Below the pieces are notes generated by a model. That model was not told where the DNA came from. It did not search any database and worked only from the letters and a program-made list of their open reading frames with translations. DNA of 63,958 nt, the filler included, from Basidioascus undulatus (lineage: Eukaryota): NCBI GenBank assembly GCA_000826855.1. It is 3 parts of 3 records of this genome, joined end to end, with 100 filler letters (N's around TTAATTAATTAA, not from the genome) between each part and the next. Parts side by side here need not be neighbours in the genome. Positions count along the whole stretch, not along the records: positions 44,118 to 63,958 come from JTLS01000394.1; 2 more parts are not named here. The stretch is one strand, 5' to 3'. A program made the translations under genes and the position numbers. Positions 48,266 to 59,989 of this stretch are shown piece by piece. Every line of letters begins with the position of its first letter. Position 1 is the stretch's first letter.

Positions 48266-49585
48266 TCAATGCTCCTCCGTCCCTTCACCAGCTTGCCATC
48301 CTCCCCAGCATAGTGTTGCTCGCGCGGCCCTCCGCGCACAGGTAGCTCTTCCGCACGCCCTCCACGTCGATCGCGTACCCCTCGAACGCCTCCAAATGCT
48401 TCGCGACGACCTCCAGCGTGCCTTTCGGGCGGTGCCAGTCCAGATGGCTGTTCCTCCCCCACCCCTTGTCCGAGTCCTCCCGCACGAGGAACGCGAGCGC
48501 CGTGCCCCCGCTGAGAAGGCTCTCGGTGCAGAGCAGGAGCGCGAGGATGAGCGTGGGCGAGCGCGGGGCGTACCGGCGCAGGAGCGCAAAAGTTGGCGAT
48601 CTCGGCCGTGGGCCCTTGATTCCGGGCTTGCACAGTTGAGAGACTGCGGATCTCGATAAAGTACAGGGTCGAGAACGATGTGCTTGAGCGTCGGCAGCCA
48701 GCTTTCAAGAACACATTCGAGGAAGCCATGTGGCGAGAGAAGGATGGCGAGCGTGAGGTCCTCTCCCTGCATTGCAAGATGGTCCTTCTTCCAGACGAAC
48801 AGCAGGTGCATAAAGCACGCGACCGCAGTGAGGGACGCCTTTGGGCCCGGAGTCGGCGGTTGGAAGCGGAATATGCCTGGAAGAGGCGAGTCTGATGGGC
48901 CGTCCGCATCGTCGTGAAGTGATTGCGGAGCGATGAAAAGGTGCTGCATGCTGCCGCTGATGAAGGTCGGACTCTGGTCGAGCGGAAAGACGTGACAGTC
49001 TCGAGTAAGGGGCAAAGCTTGGTTTTCTGTCAGGAGCGTACTCGCCGTGCCCTCGGGTATCTCGCGGGGGGTGACTCGGCGCGAAAGCCAGAGTACTGCA
49101 ACAGTCAAAGCCACCCCAGGGTCGCACTCGGTTATACGAACTAGTACTTCAAGAGGTGCAACGACCCAATCATCATGCTCACATGTATCTGACGTACTTG
49201 CTTGGCCCATCGGGCCTCATCAAAGCCCCGTCAGGAGCGATGAGTTTGACGAAGCTCGTTCGGCGTGGATGAATAGTTCACCACGATACAGCGCCGGGGT
49301 CGCGAGGCGCGTGAAACTGCGGGAAACCGAAAGTAGGCTGAGCGGGTGGCCATTCTCTACGAGCGAGTACTCCAGGATCACGGTGAGGACTTGGTCTGGG
49401 AGCTGGCTCAGACACAGCGCCGCCGAGGACAGGGCGGCGGATATGAGCGCGCTCAAGAGGGTAATTGGCAGCGTCATGAAGAAGCGAACGATCTGGAGCG
49501 ACATGAAGGCGAACTATCTGGAGCGACATGAAGAAGCAAACGGTTGGAAGCGCAATGAAAAAGCGAATGAGACCAAGCATTGTCG
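48266..49585 (-). pseudogene. F-box-like protein with hydrophobic N-terminus, disrupted
   Basis: LSQLPDQVLTVILEY...LLSVSRSFTRLATPALY (F-box-like). Tandem TGA TGA at 49217-49222, further frame changes, and a 25-bp tandem duplication at 49484-49533. Confidence 0.55.
49484..49533. repeat. 25-bp tandem duplication (one mismatch)
   Basis: GCGAACGATCTGGAGCGACATGAAG followed by GCGAACTATCTGGAGCGACATGAAG. Confidence 0.9.
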
Positions 49586-50157
49586 GCGAGTGGACGGGCG
49601 AGTGGACGAAGTGTCTTGCGGGTGGGGATGATGGTGAAGAAGCGTCCACGAGGACGCTCTGCGTTGACGTCCTAGACATTTGCGCCGCTCCGGACGGATG
49701 TCGGAAGCCGCTCATTAAGCTCAGCACGCGGGCGGCTGACTGGCGACAATGGTCAGTCTTGCGCAAGCCAGAACAGTCGAAAGTCGCATTGGAAAGACAC
49801 CCGTGTCTTCGTCATATCCAACAAAGTGGCAAGCCGCTCTCATTGCCCTCTCCTACACGTGAAAGCTCGAGAACAGGTAATAAACACCGAATGAAACGCA
49901 AACCGGGGGTCCGATCAACGGGGTTAAGGGTATCCCAACCGATTCGATGAACGAACGACAAACTACAAGAACGGCGCGTGCGGGCCAGCTGCGATGCGTT
50001 TGTTGTTGTGGTTGCGTTGCGCGACGATGTGGTGGGAGGGCTCGCTGGGGAAGGGGGAACGAGTCCTGCGCTTTAATGATACAGGGAAAGGGAAGGGGGA
50101 AAGGGGAGGGGGAGGGAGAAGAGAAAGGGAAAGGGGAAGGGAGTTGCGTGGATACGC

Positions 50158-51830
50158 TCAGAAAGTAACGGAGCGGCGGTGGGAGCGCGCGGCGCGGTGG
50201 GCGTTGCGCCTGGTCAAGCCCGAGTTGGAGACTGATGAGACGCGTTCATTAAACAGGTCATTGAGTACGTGTAAGCCACGCAAGAGGGAAACGAAAAAGG
50301 CGCACGGCACTGGACAAACTCGGTCTGGCACGTGTAGTCGCCTGAGCCGGTCCACTTGGCGTTGCAGTCCGTCCACTTGGCGTTGCACGCGTCGATGGAC
50401 GAAGTAGCCTCGCTCGTCGAGGGCGCGGCGGTCGCGACCGCGGCAGGGGTCGACGGGGCCACGAGGGTAGAGGCGGCGGCGTATGAGGAAGAGCTGGAGT
50501 TGGAGCTAGAGTTGTCCTGCACGGCGGGGAGGACCTGCGGCTGGGTGGCGGGCGCAGGCGAAGCGGAGGGCGAGGCAGAGGAAGAGCTGGAGGACGCCGC
50601 GGGCTGCTGCTCCTGCTGAGGCTGCTGCGAGGAGCCGGAGTTGCCGCCCTCAGAGATGGGCGCGGGGCCGGGGCTGCGCATGAGTTGTGTGAGCCGGTTT
50701 TTTTTTCGAATAGAAGGAGGATGAGGAGAGGAACGCACAAGGTGTAGTCCGCCGCGCTCTTCAAGTTGTAGATGCCGCTGCCGGAGACGGAAATGCCAGC
50801 GTCGGAGGGCGAGTCTGAGGAGCACCGTGGGAGAGTAAGTATTAGACGTGGATGATGGAAGATGGAGACTGAGGAAACGCACAGGCACCGGGGAACTTGA
50901 CGAGGTTCGAGGGGGAGTTGCCGCCGCCGCCGGTGATAGTCCAAGACGAGCAAGACGGGTAGCTGGGTTGCACAACGCGTTTCAAAGTCAGTTGCCTTTG
51001 GTCTTCTGCTGAAAGAACGCATCTGAAGGAAAATGGGAAAAAAGGAAAAGACGCACAACTCGGCGTTGCCCTGCTCGCTCAGGACCTCGTGGCGGATCAG
51101 GTACTCGCCGGGAGCAAGATCCGCGGGGATGGTGAACGAGACGGTCTGGCCCTGGCTGAGGTCCTTCTGGACCCAAGTCTTGTCGTCGCGCATGCCCTGC
51201 TGCGCGACCTTGAAGAACTGCACGTTGTCGGACGTCGCGGACGCGCACCCCGAGTCGGGGCAGCGGCCCATGTAGTCAATGATCGGGCCGACCTGAGGGG
51301 GGAAGAGTTGGTGGCGGTCATCAAGCCGAAATCTGAATGGAAGTCGCACCTGGTGAGGCCAGTTGCCGCCCGCAGTGTAACCTGGACCCCAAGTGAAAGA
51401 AACGGTTGAGCCGGCCGCACTGCAAATCGCACTTGTAGATCAGCAAAGGTACAAGCACGGACTTGCTAAGGGAGAGGACGGACATGGAAGGCGACTGGCC
51501 GCCGGACGTGGCGCCGATGCCACAGAAAAGGTTGGCGTCGTTGCTGTCGGTGACGGGGCTGTTGGACTCGACATGCCAGATGGGCGAGTCGCGCGAGCCA
51601 GAGTTGATGAGCGGGCCGTCGAAGCCCTGCCCGTTGACGTCGATATCTGCGCAGAGGGGTAAGGAGACACATGGTCAGTGTTCCTGCCCTTCCCCTTCCT
51701 GCCCCTGAGACGCTTTCCGATCACATCAAGACTCACGGGTAACGATGCCGTGCGCGCTCACGACCGAGGGGAGAACCGCCGCCGCGGCCGCCAGGACCGC
51801 GAAAGAAGAGGAAGAAGTGCGGGAGAACAT
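50158..51830 (-). CDS. AA9-like lytic polysaccharide monooxygenase with S/A/P/Q linker and 4-Cys C-terminal module
   Basis: Signal peptide ending VVSA then His1 (HGIVT), NLFCG, AAGSTVSFTW, WPHQ|VGPIIDYMGRC, FFKV, TIPADLAPGEYLIRHE, AEF|YPSC, VKFPGA|YSPSDAGI, YTF|PGP. All introns are GT-AG and the frame stays open. Confidence 0.9.
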
Positions 51831-52989
51831 TTTGAAAAGGAGTCGATTGGAAGAGGGGGATCGATGCGGGTGTGGGTGGGTACTGTTTTTGCCGGCGAGG
51901 GGCCAAGTGTGTTGCAAATGAAAGTGATGCGGTCTAGGTGCCGCGAAAGTGAGAAAGAGAGTGTGAAAGTGGTGGTGCTGGTAGGACGTGCGGAGAGATA
52001 AGGTGAGTGGACGAGAGAGAGAGAGAAAGGCGAGGGCAAGAGAGAGCGAGGAGAGAGGACAAGGGGAAGCGGAGGGCGCGTTTGACGAGGACGGAGCTTA
52101 ACTGAGCAACCAGGGTCCACCAACGGCGCACGTCCCCTCCGCAAGTTCTTTGTCAAGCAAGTCCTTGTCGGATGCTGGGTGCATTTTCTGTGCTCTTCCT
52201 ACATGTAAAAGGCGCTCAACCGGCGGCGTCCAAAACCAACTGTGAATAATTGCATGGAGGCGTTGGACGCGTCGTGCTGCAATGGGCAAGACATGACGGT
52301 TGCACACGGCGCGCTGCCAAGTCCGGCGCGATCGAGACCCGACCGTCGGCAGCCTGGCAACGTTCACAGCCGCAAACTGCACTTTCTGCAGGGTTTTCTG
52401 GGAGTTCGCTCAGATCAATTTTTTGCAGAGCCGTGTGGTTGGCATCGTGAGGCAAATATACGACAGGCAGCCACCTTCTCGAAAAGAGGAAGAAGTCTGT
52501 ATAGACAGGAATTAGGCGACACCTGATCCGACAACGTCTCGCCCTTTCCCAGTGCATCTTTCGAGTCCTTTGTCAAGCGAGCAAGAATTTTCAGCTGACA
52601 AATATTGCAGCACGAGTCAGTTAACATGTATATAATCCGAGAAACGCGTCCTATAGTAGTCCGACTCTGCACGAAGCAGGCCCTCTCGTGCGCCGCCGAC
52701 GCGGCGTCTCCCTTCAGCCCCTTGCCAGTGCGGCCAAGGCGGCCTTTAACGGGAAGCATTATAAGGGAAGGAACTTCAAGAGCTTTCGTAGGCCGGCGCG
52801 GAAGACTTACAGCATCGCCTTTGAAGACATCCGCGTTCCTGTACGGTGTCCAACAGCGTTGTTGGCATGTAGCACGCGAACGGAAACAGAAATTGCCACT
52901 TCGACAGGATCAACTCATACTTACACAGGGCTACTGTTGGAGTCGGCGTATTTCCAGCTGTAAGGAGGGTGAACATTTTCGCTTCAGTA

Positions 52990-53770
52990 CGAGTTGAGGA
53001 ACCATACCCATGAGGAAGACACGTACAAGGTGTATTTCTCCCAGCCAGCCGGAAGCTGTCCGACAGAGGACACGTACTGTCCAGCCGACCCGATTCATAG
53101 AAGTCAGCATCGGGCCACTCAAGTTGAAACAACGACAGTAAGAAACATCTTGGGCGCACTTTCTTCCACCAGCCAGTGACAGCGTAGATGACAGGGTGAC
53201 GGCCTGTCTTAAAGTGGTATGTCTCGTTGAAGTCGGAGATCCAGTTGACCATCGCCGCTGCCGACAGCCGTAGCAGGTGTCGCCGGAGGGGTTGTAATCG
53301 ACTTGGAGCGCGCCGGACAGGAGGCGGCCGTCAGCTGAAGGTTGAGGTGGTAGGGTTTGAGACCTCATCAAAAAGCTTTGAAAAATAAGAGAAGTTAACC
53401 GGACCAGCCCCCGCCGTTGTTGAGGAAGAAATTGGCCTGCGCGGTGCCGGAGCTCGCGGAGGGGACGCTGTGTCGGCGAGTGAGCTGAAGAACAGGGCTC
53501 TGAATGATGGGGTAAAAGCGTATGCGAAGTAGTATGCGCCCCGGATGAGCCCGGCGTTGTCTGCAAACAAGTCGAGAAATAGAGTGAGCGCGTGCAAGAC
53601 TAAGTACTCACTGGCGCACGTTGTATTGCTGAGCGAAATATGCGGATTTCTGGGAAGCTGTGGGTCAGCATTGGCTTGGTCTGGGCAAATACAATCTTCT
53701 TGCTGCCTGACATAATCTAAGCCGGACGTCCACAGCCATCGTCAGTTGACGCGCACTCGCCCTCTGCGTC
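52990..53770 (-). pseudogene. GH25 (Chalaropsis-type) muramidase, decayed
   Basis: AGLIRGAYYFA, GTAQANFFLNNGGGW, DGRLLSGALQVDYNPSGDTCYG, MVNWISDFNETYHFKTGRHPVIY...WWK, GWEKYT. Frameshifts are present, and the catalytic D-x-E reads QVD. Confidence 0.82.
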
Positions 53771-54303
53771 GCTCGGACGTAAGCGAACTCGACCCCGCCT
53801 CCCTTGACGCTCGGCCAGTTCACGTTTCACTGGAATATGGATACGTCGATTCCATGAAGTTTTCAGATTCCATCCGCATCGAGGGCTTGCAGGGTAGGAG
53901 TCTTCTTCAGTCTGAGACGGGTAGGTCCAGGCAAGGACGTTGCGAACAGGCAAGCCCAATCAAAGGTTTCATGCAAGAAGATATGCCATATCGATCTTCT
54001 GAACGTTGGATGAGGTGGAACCAATGAAGGTGGACGACGTCCTGAAAGTGCACGAAGGGAAGAACCGCGACCGAAGCTAGACTCAATTCTTAGTTCGCTA
54101 TGGGAACAAAAGCATGTCCACTGATAAAGGAATTCCTGGCCATGCAGTGTGTAAACAGCAGTCGTTCAGGCTGCGAGGGATGAAGAGCGTTGCCGACACG
54201 TGCAACGAAATAAAGAGCGCGACGCGTTTGCTGCGCGACTGACGGTTTGGACGTTGACCTATAACCACGACCTCGAGCGGTTTCTTGCCGCAGCCACAGC
54301 AGA

Positions 54304-56546
54304 ATGTACGTGTACATGAATAAATTCTGGGTCGCATTGTATCTTCATATCTTCTCACCATGGTATATTCCGCGCAGGGACATCTCCGACCCCTTCCCGA
54401 CGCTCCCGTCCCTGACCGCCTTCTCGCCCGCGTCAACCTTCCTGCTCACCGCGCACGCCTCGCACCTCATCATCCGCCAGACAAACACCCTCCAGATCGG
54501 GCGCATCTTTGACCTCCCCCCGCCCGCGGCCTCCCCTCCCACCAAGCCCACCACGAGCCGCTCCCGCACAGCACTCGCCGGCGCCCAGATCACAGACATC
54601 GGCTGGTCCCCGGACTCGGCATATGTGTTTGCGGCGCGGAGGAGGGAGGGGAAGGTGTGGGTCTTTGCGGTCGAGGGGGAGGGGAGGGAGCAGGAGCCTG
54701 TCGCTGTTGTGGAGGCGGGGGTTGAGGGGCTGGCGGGGGCCAAGTGGGGAGCAGGGGAGAGGGAGATTATGTGCTGGTCTGAGTATGGGGTGTGTCGCTT
54801 TCTTCCCTCTGCCTACCCATGATACACATGCTGAACACGTCCTACAGCTCCGACTCTCAATCCATACCCTTTCCCCCCACCGACACACCACAGTCATCCA
54901 GTACCCCGCACACCCCCTCGCAAGCCCATACCTTCCCCCAGATAGCCGGTACCTCCTCCTCCTTGAGCGACACAGGGCGAAGGACTACCTGGGAATATAC
55001 GACTCTTCGTCATTGTACACTATTGAACGAGTCGGTCCTCCCCTCGCCATTCTCGGCCGGTTCTGGGTGCTCATCCCGGCATCCCCGCTCCGAAGCATCT
55101 CGCTCTCCCCGCAACGACACCCTCACAGATACTACCCTCCCCAGCCGGATCACACATAGCGGTCATTGAATCGATTCTCCAAGTGCGCCCATCCTACCCC
55201 ACCTCGCCCTACCCCTCCGCTCTTTGCTTGCCAGCCCTCATTTTCACACCCCTATTATGCTTTAGTACAAGCTCCACATCCTCACGCCTACCGGCACGCT
55301 CCTCACGACCTTCCCCTCCCCGCCGCTTTCCGACGGCGCTGAATTCGCCGGGCTCGGCATCCGCTCCGCCGCATGGCATCCGAGCGGATCGTTCCTTGCG
55401 CTCGGAGGGTGGGACGGGAAGGTGAGCAGGCGCCCGCCCCCACCGTATCGAAGGCTTGTCCGGCTGATGAGATGATGCTGCGGTGCGAGCAGATCCGCAT
55501 CCTGGAAAGTACCGCATGGACGCAGATCGCAGTGTTCAATCCCGTAACGCGCATCGCTTCGCCAAGCGTTGTGCGTTTCGTTCCTTCCTCTCTCACCTGC
55601 AACACCTTTCGCATGTCTCCCGCCATGGACTCACATCCCGGTTTGGCCTGGTCCAAACAGAAGATCTATCGCGAGCCCCTGCAATGGCTGGCCCAAACAC
55701 GGGGGACCGCGATCGTACCCTGTTTGTCTCCTCCTACGCCCTTCTCTTTCTTTCGCTTTCCGCCCCTGCTAATCTACTTACTCCGCTCATCAGTCGACCG
55801 CCTCACCCCGCCCCACACGCTTCCCTTTCACCGGCCCGATGCGTCCAAGGCGAACCCCAAATCAGGCGCACAGGCTTTGCATTGGACGCCGGATGGGTCG
55901 CACCTTCTGGCGCTGGACGGTTTGTTGCCCGTTCCCCTCTCATGATTCTCACCCCACTCACCTCAGTAACCCAAACCCGGCAGAGTCCCTTCCCAACACC
56001 TGTCAGATCTACTCGTTCCTCTCCGCCTCCTCGCCATCTTCTTCCAGCCCCACCCTCTCCCCGCGCCTCGAAACCATCATCCACCTCACACATCCTATCC
56101 GCTCGCTCTCGCTCTCACCGCTCCCCATTCCCGGCGGGTCCTTCAAGCTCGCGCTCTCTTCCGCCGGCCCACCAGCGGTCTACCTCTTCAGCCCCGACAC
56201 GGGCGCGGAGGCTGTCGGGCTGCCTTCTCGTGCGTCTTCTTCTGCCTCCCCCCTCCTCCACATTCCACCTTCATCTTCCCCTCCTTTCCTCTTCTCCGCC
56301 TTCAAATTCCCTCCTCATCTCCTATATTGATTTCGCTGATATGCCGACGCACGTCTAGGCTCCTTCCCATTCACCTCTCCCGTCTCGGTCGAGTACGGCG
56401 CCGACGGGCGCCCGCTGCTGATCCACTCGTCGGCGGCGGAACGGTTCTGCGTTGCCTTTTCTGCGTCCGAGGGAGACCCAGACGGGGAGGGGGAGGGGCA
56501 CGATTTCTCGAGGGCGCTAGAGGAGGAGGATATCTGGGGGCTTTAG
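54304..56546 (+). CDS. WD40 protein WRAP73/WDR8-like
   Basis: MDISDPF...AFSPASTFLLTA...LIIRQTNTLQI, IGWSPDS, EAGVEGLAGAKW...IMCWSEYG|LRLSI, IQYP, RYLLLLERHRAKDYLGIYD, LGIRSAAWHPSGSFLALGGWDGK, ANPKSG. Confidence 0.85.
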
Positions 56547-56779
56547 AGGAGTGCGCAGCGCGCGCAGATACAATATGACAAGCCATGCTGAATCGAACAG
56601 GCCTGTAATTGTGGATAGAACAGTGTGGGCATGCGTTAGTGCGTCACGCTGAGTTGCAACTGCGAAACGATACACCTCCCAGTCCCCAAGGCGTGCTCGC
56701 ACGCTGACCCTTGCGATCTGCTCCCGCGGCAGCTTGTGATAGGTTTCGGTGCATGGCAAGCAAGGCGCAGCTTGAAACA

Positions 56780-58100
56780 TGCATATCTACTCCGCTCTAG
56801 AACCCACGATGTTCCCCAACATCGCGTTCGCCGAAAACCCACGAGACTCAATGCCCTCCATAGCCCCAATGAACAAAAGGTGTACAGCCAAGACTACCCC
56901 GAACCGGTGCAAGAGAGGCTGGCCAGATTGGCCCGCCTGGATCGCTTGCAGCCTGAGACGGCGCCAGGGAAGCCAGCGCGCCGATATGCAGTCCAAAATT
57001 CCCGTACGGCGCGGGCGGCATGCGCCAAAGGCTCTAGAAGCCAGATAAGGGCCTGAACCTGTATCACAAAGACGATTGCGCTTGTCAACGCCTGTGAGGC
57101 TCGGCTCGTCATGGGACATCGCTGATGCGGCACCTGTCCGTAGGCCCATTTGTTCAAGTCGGATCCGTATGGTCGCAAGCCGACGAAGACTTGGTGTGTC
57201 CTTCGGTTGAGAATCACCAAGGATACTACCGCAAACAAAAACCTCGGTGTTCCGTGGTGGAAAAGGGCGTCCTGTTTACCGGAAACCACCTTGTCAAATA
57301 CGTGAGCCAGCGAGCGAGTCCTGAAGGGATGGAACTGGCCTGCAGGGGGCGGAACCGGGGATGATGAAAGAGAATGAATCAGGGCGAAGCTCAACGGGCC
57401 TATAAGGTCTGATACTCACAGAGAGGAATCCAGGATATACGCTCAACGCAAAACTCGCAATGGGATGAAGTAGAGGATGTACCACCACGACGACCCGGCG
57501 ACAAGGGTCGAGGATGCTTCGTCGTCTCGCGCGTCGCCGACGCCGGCCCCCACGACGTCTATGTAGTAGAGTGCGGCGAGGGCTTAACGTGCTGTAGATT
57601 TATCTTTGCGTCCTGCCAAGTATGCGATGCGAATATGCATTATCGCATATCTCCAGGCGGTGATGCAATCGACACGGCTGAGGTAGCTCCGAGCAAGGAA
57701 GACGCAAGTCGCAAGGGCGAAGGTGTTGAAGAGACAGGTTCGGTACACCGCCGTGCGCTCCTGGGATGTGGTAGCACAAATGGCGGAAAAGACTGTCGTC
57801 ATGAAGCAAATGCGTCATTTGCAAGGGCTCGGGGATAGAACATCTTTCATTGGAAAACACACGGAGTAGAACAGGCCGACGAAGCTGTGCCAAACGCCCA
57901 CTCCAAGAATGGCAGAATCCAGCACGACGGGCACTGGATCAGCCATCCGAAGAACGTTGCGGCCGGTGGGAAAGATGCTTCGAAAAGCGAACTAGAGATG
58001 ATGGTCGTTGTCGGTTGAAGAGTCGATGGTGAAGACGACAGGGAGGGAAGGCTGAACCTCTCCCCCGTTTTGTTAGTCGGGGCTGCCCGTACTACGGCCA
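56780..58100 (-). pseudogene. Decayed multi-pass membrane protein (W-x-Y/F-GQ type)
   Basis: Hydrophobic fragments in several frames (NTFALATCVFLARSYLSRVDC; LFAVVSLVIL) and NKWAYGQV; no continuous model. Confidence 0.4.
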
Positions 58101-58752
58101 CATTTTTACTCAATTGTTCCATACTATAAATGGTCTGTAGGTGAGGCGCTTGAACCACGGCCATGCACAAGCCATGCATGACAGCGACCGCGCGGTCAAG
58201 AAGGTCCTCCACATCATGCAGTCTGGGGAAGACGACCAGCTATCGCAACCAGCTATTAGCGCTCTTTATTCGCTCCAGACTGGAAATCTGGTGGACTTAT
58301 TTGTACGTTCACAGCGTTATAAAGTAGCAGAAACTTCCCCATTGAGCGATGTATCTTGCGGCAGTGACTTTACAGAAAGGTGACACGTGCGGCTTGTCGT
58401 AGAAAGTTACCCGACTCGGATGCGGCCAATATCAAATCCGAAATACGGAAAGGTCCCGTAAAGAAGTCGCCGCGGTTGGGGCCGTTAGCCAGATGAGCCC
58501 CAGCCCCAAGTGATTCCGGTTGTCGAGCCCTTCATGGATGCACTGAATGCAGGATGAGCACGAGTAGAACGAAGTTCAGAATGATCCCTTTGCAGATCTG
58601 ACTACAGTATTCAAGGGCTTTCATTTAACACGACGAGAAAATCGTGACTGCAAGCAGTTTCATACACGCCACGCATACTTCACTTTCTACTGCGTCCGGT
58701 CCCATCAGAGGCTAGAGAAGAGTTGTCACCCGGGAAATTTTTATGCTGTCCA

Positions 58753-59989
58753 TCAGAAGTCCAGCGTGGTCCCCACACCCGCGTCCACCGCTTTCTCCAT
58801 CATGAGGTGCGCAATCGAGACGTCCTGCACCGCCACTCCGACGGATTTGAAGAGCGTCACGTCCCCTGTCCCGGACGAAAGAGTAGCGAGGCCGCCTTCG
58901 TCCGGGGACCAGGATGAGCCATCGACTTTGACAAGTCGGCCGAGCTCGGTGCAGGACGCCGCCGAGACGTCAGCTTGGATCAGGTCCCCCGCCTCGTGCG
59001 CTGAAGGGAATGGCGCCGAGTCAGTAACGTTCTTGAAAGGACGTTCAGACAGAGAGCGCACCACAATGTTCGGTAGAGTCGACAATGATTCTGCCGGTTG
59101 CACGGTGAATGAGTGCAGGCTCAACCTCTTGCATATGCGGCTTATCTAAGAAGCGACGATTGCACTGTCAGTCTCGGTGCGATAGCAGCAGGAAAACCAC
59201 AAAGGTTCAACCCACAAGACCCGATGAGGTTGATGTGAGTGCCCGTGCGGACCCACGCGGACTTGAAGAGCGGCTGAGTAGAAGGAGTGCAGCAGCAGAT
59301 GATGTCCGCGCCGCGGACGGCGGCCTCCGTATCCGCGCTGACGGTCACAGCGCGGCCGGGAAGTTTGCGTCCTAGGTCGTCGATTTCCGCGCTTGGAGAC
59401 GCGGAAGAGGAGACGAACGTGATGTTGCTGAGGGAGGGGTACAGCTGGGCGAGGAGCGAGGCGTGGTATTGGCCCTGGGTTCCGCGGCCGAAGACGACGA
59501 GGTTTTGAGGTTTCGAAGCGGCGGGAACGAGGAGGTAAGTAGCGAGGACTGAGCCCTGCAGCGCAAATGATTGTAAGTTCAATGTTCACACTTCATGAAT
59601 ACTTGGTCATCACGCACCCCAGCCGTGCGCAGGCCCGTGAGAGCCCCAGCGTTGATGATTGCCTTCGTCCGGCCGGTCGCCTCATCCAGCACCAACGTCG
59701 CCGCGGGCAGGCCTGCCGGTGCACCGGGTTGCGGCACAGAGACGACCTTGATCGCCGTGCCACCCGACTCTCGAACACGAGCGGGCTGGAAAAGGACGGT
59801 GTGCTTATCGGTGAGGACGGAGATACGCGGAGGGTTTTGGACAGAAGCCGGCGCAGCGCCCTCAGCGTGAGCGCGAGAAGAAGAAAACGAGTCGAAAGTC
59901 CGCGCTTGGTTCTCGAGGATGTCGTGCACAGAAAGTCTGGATACGAGCCAGTCGATGTCCGCAGACGAAAGAACGAGAAGAGGAGCCAT
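58753..59989 (-). CDS. Ornithine cyclodeaminase / mu-crystallin family (ketimine reductase-like)
   Basis: LLVLSSADI, QNPPRI, AIKVVSVP, GLPAATLVLDEATG...LTGLRTA|AGSVLAT, VVFGRGTQG, ADIICCCTPSTQPLF, GTHINLIGS, EAGDL, VTLFKSVGVAVQD. Confidence 0.92.
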
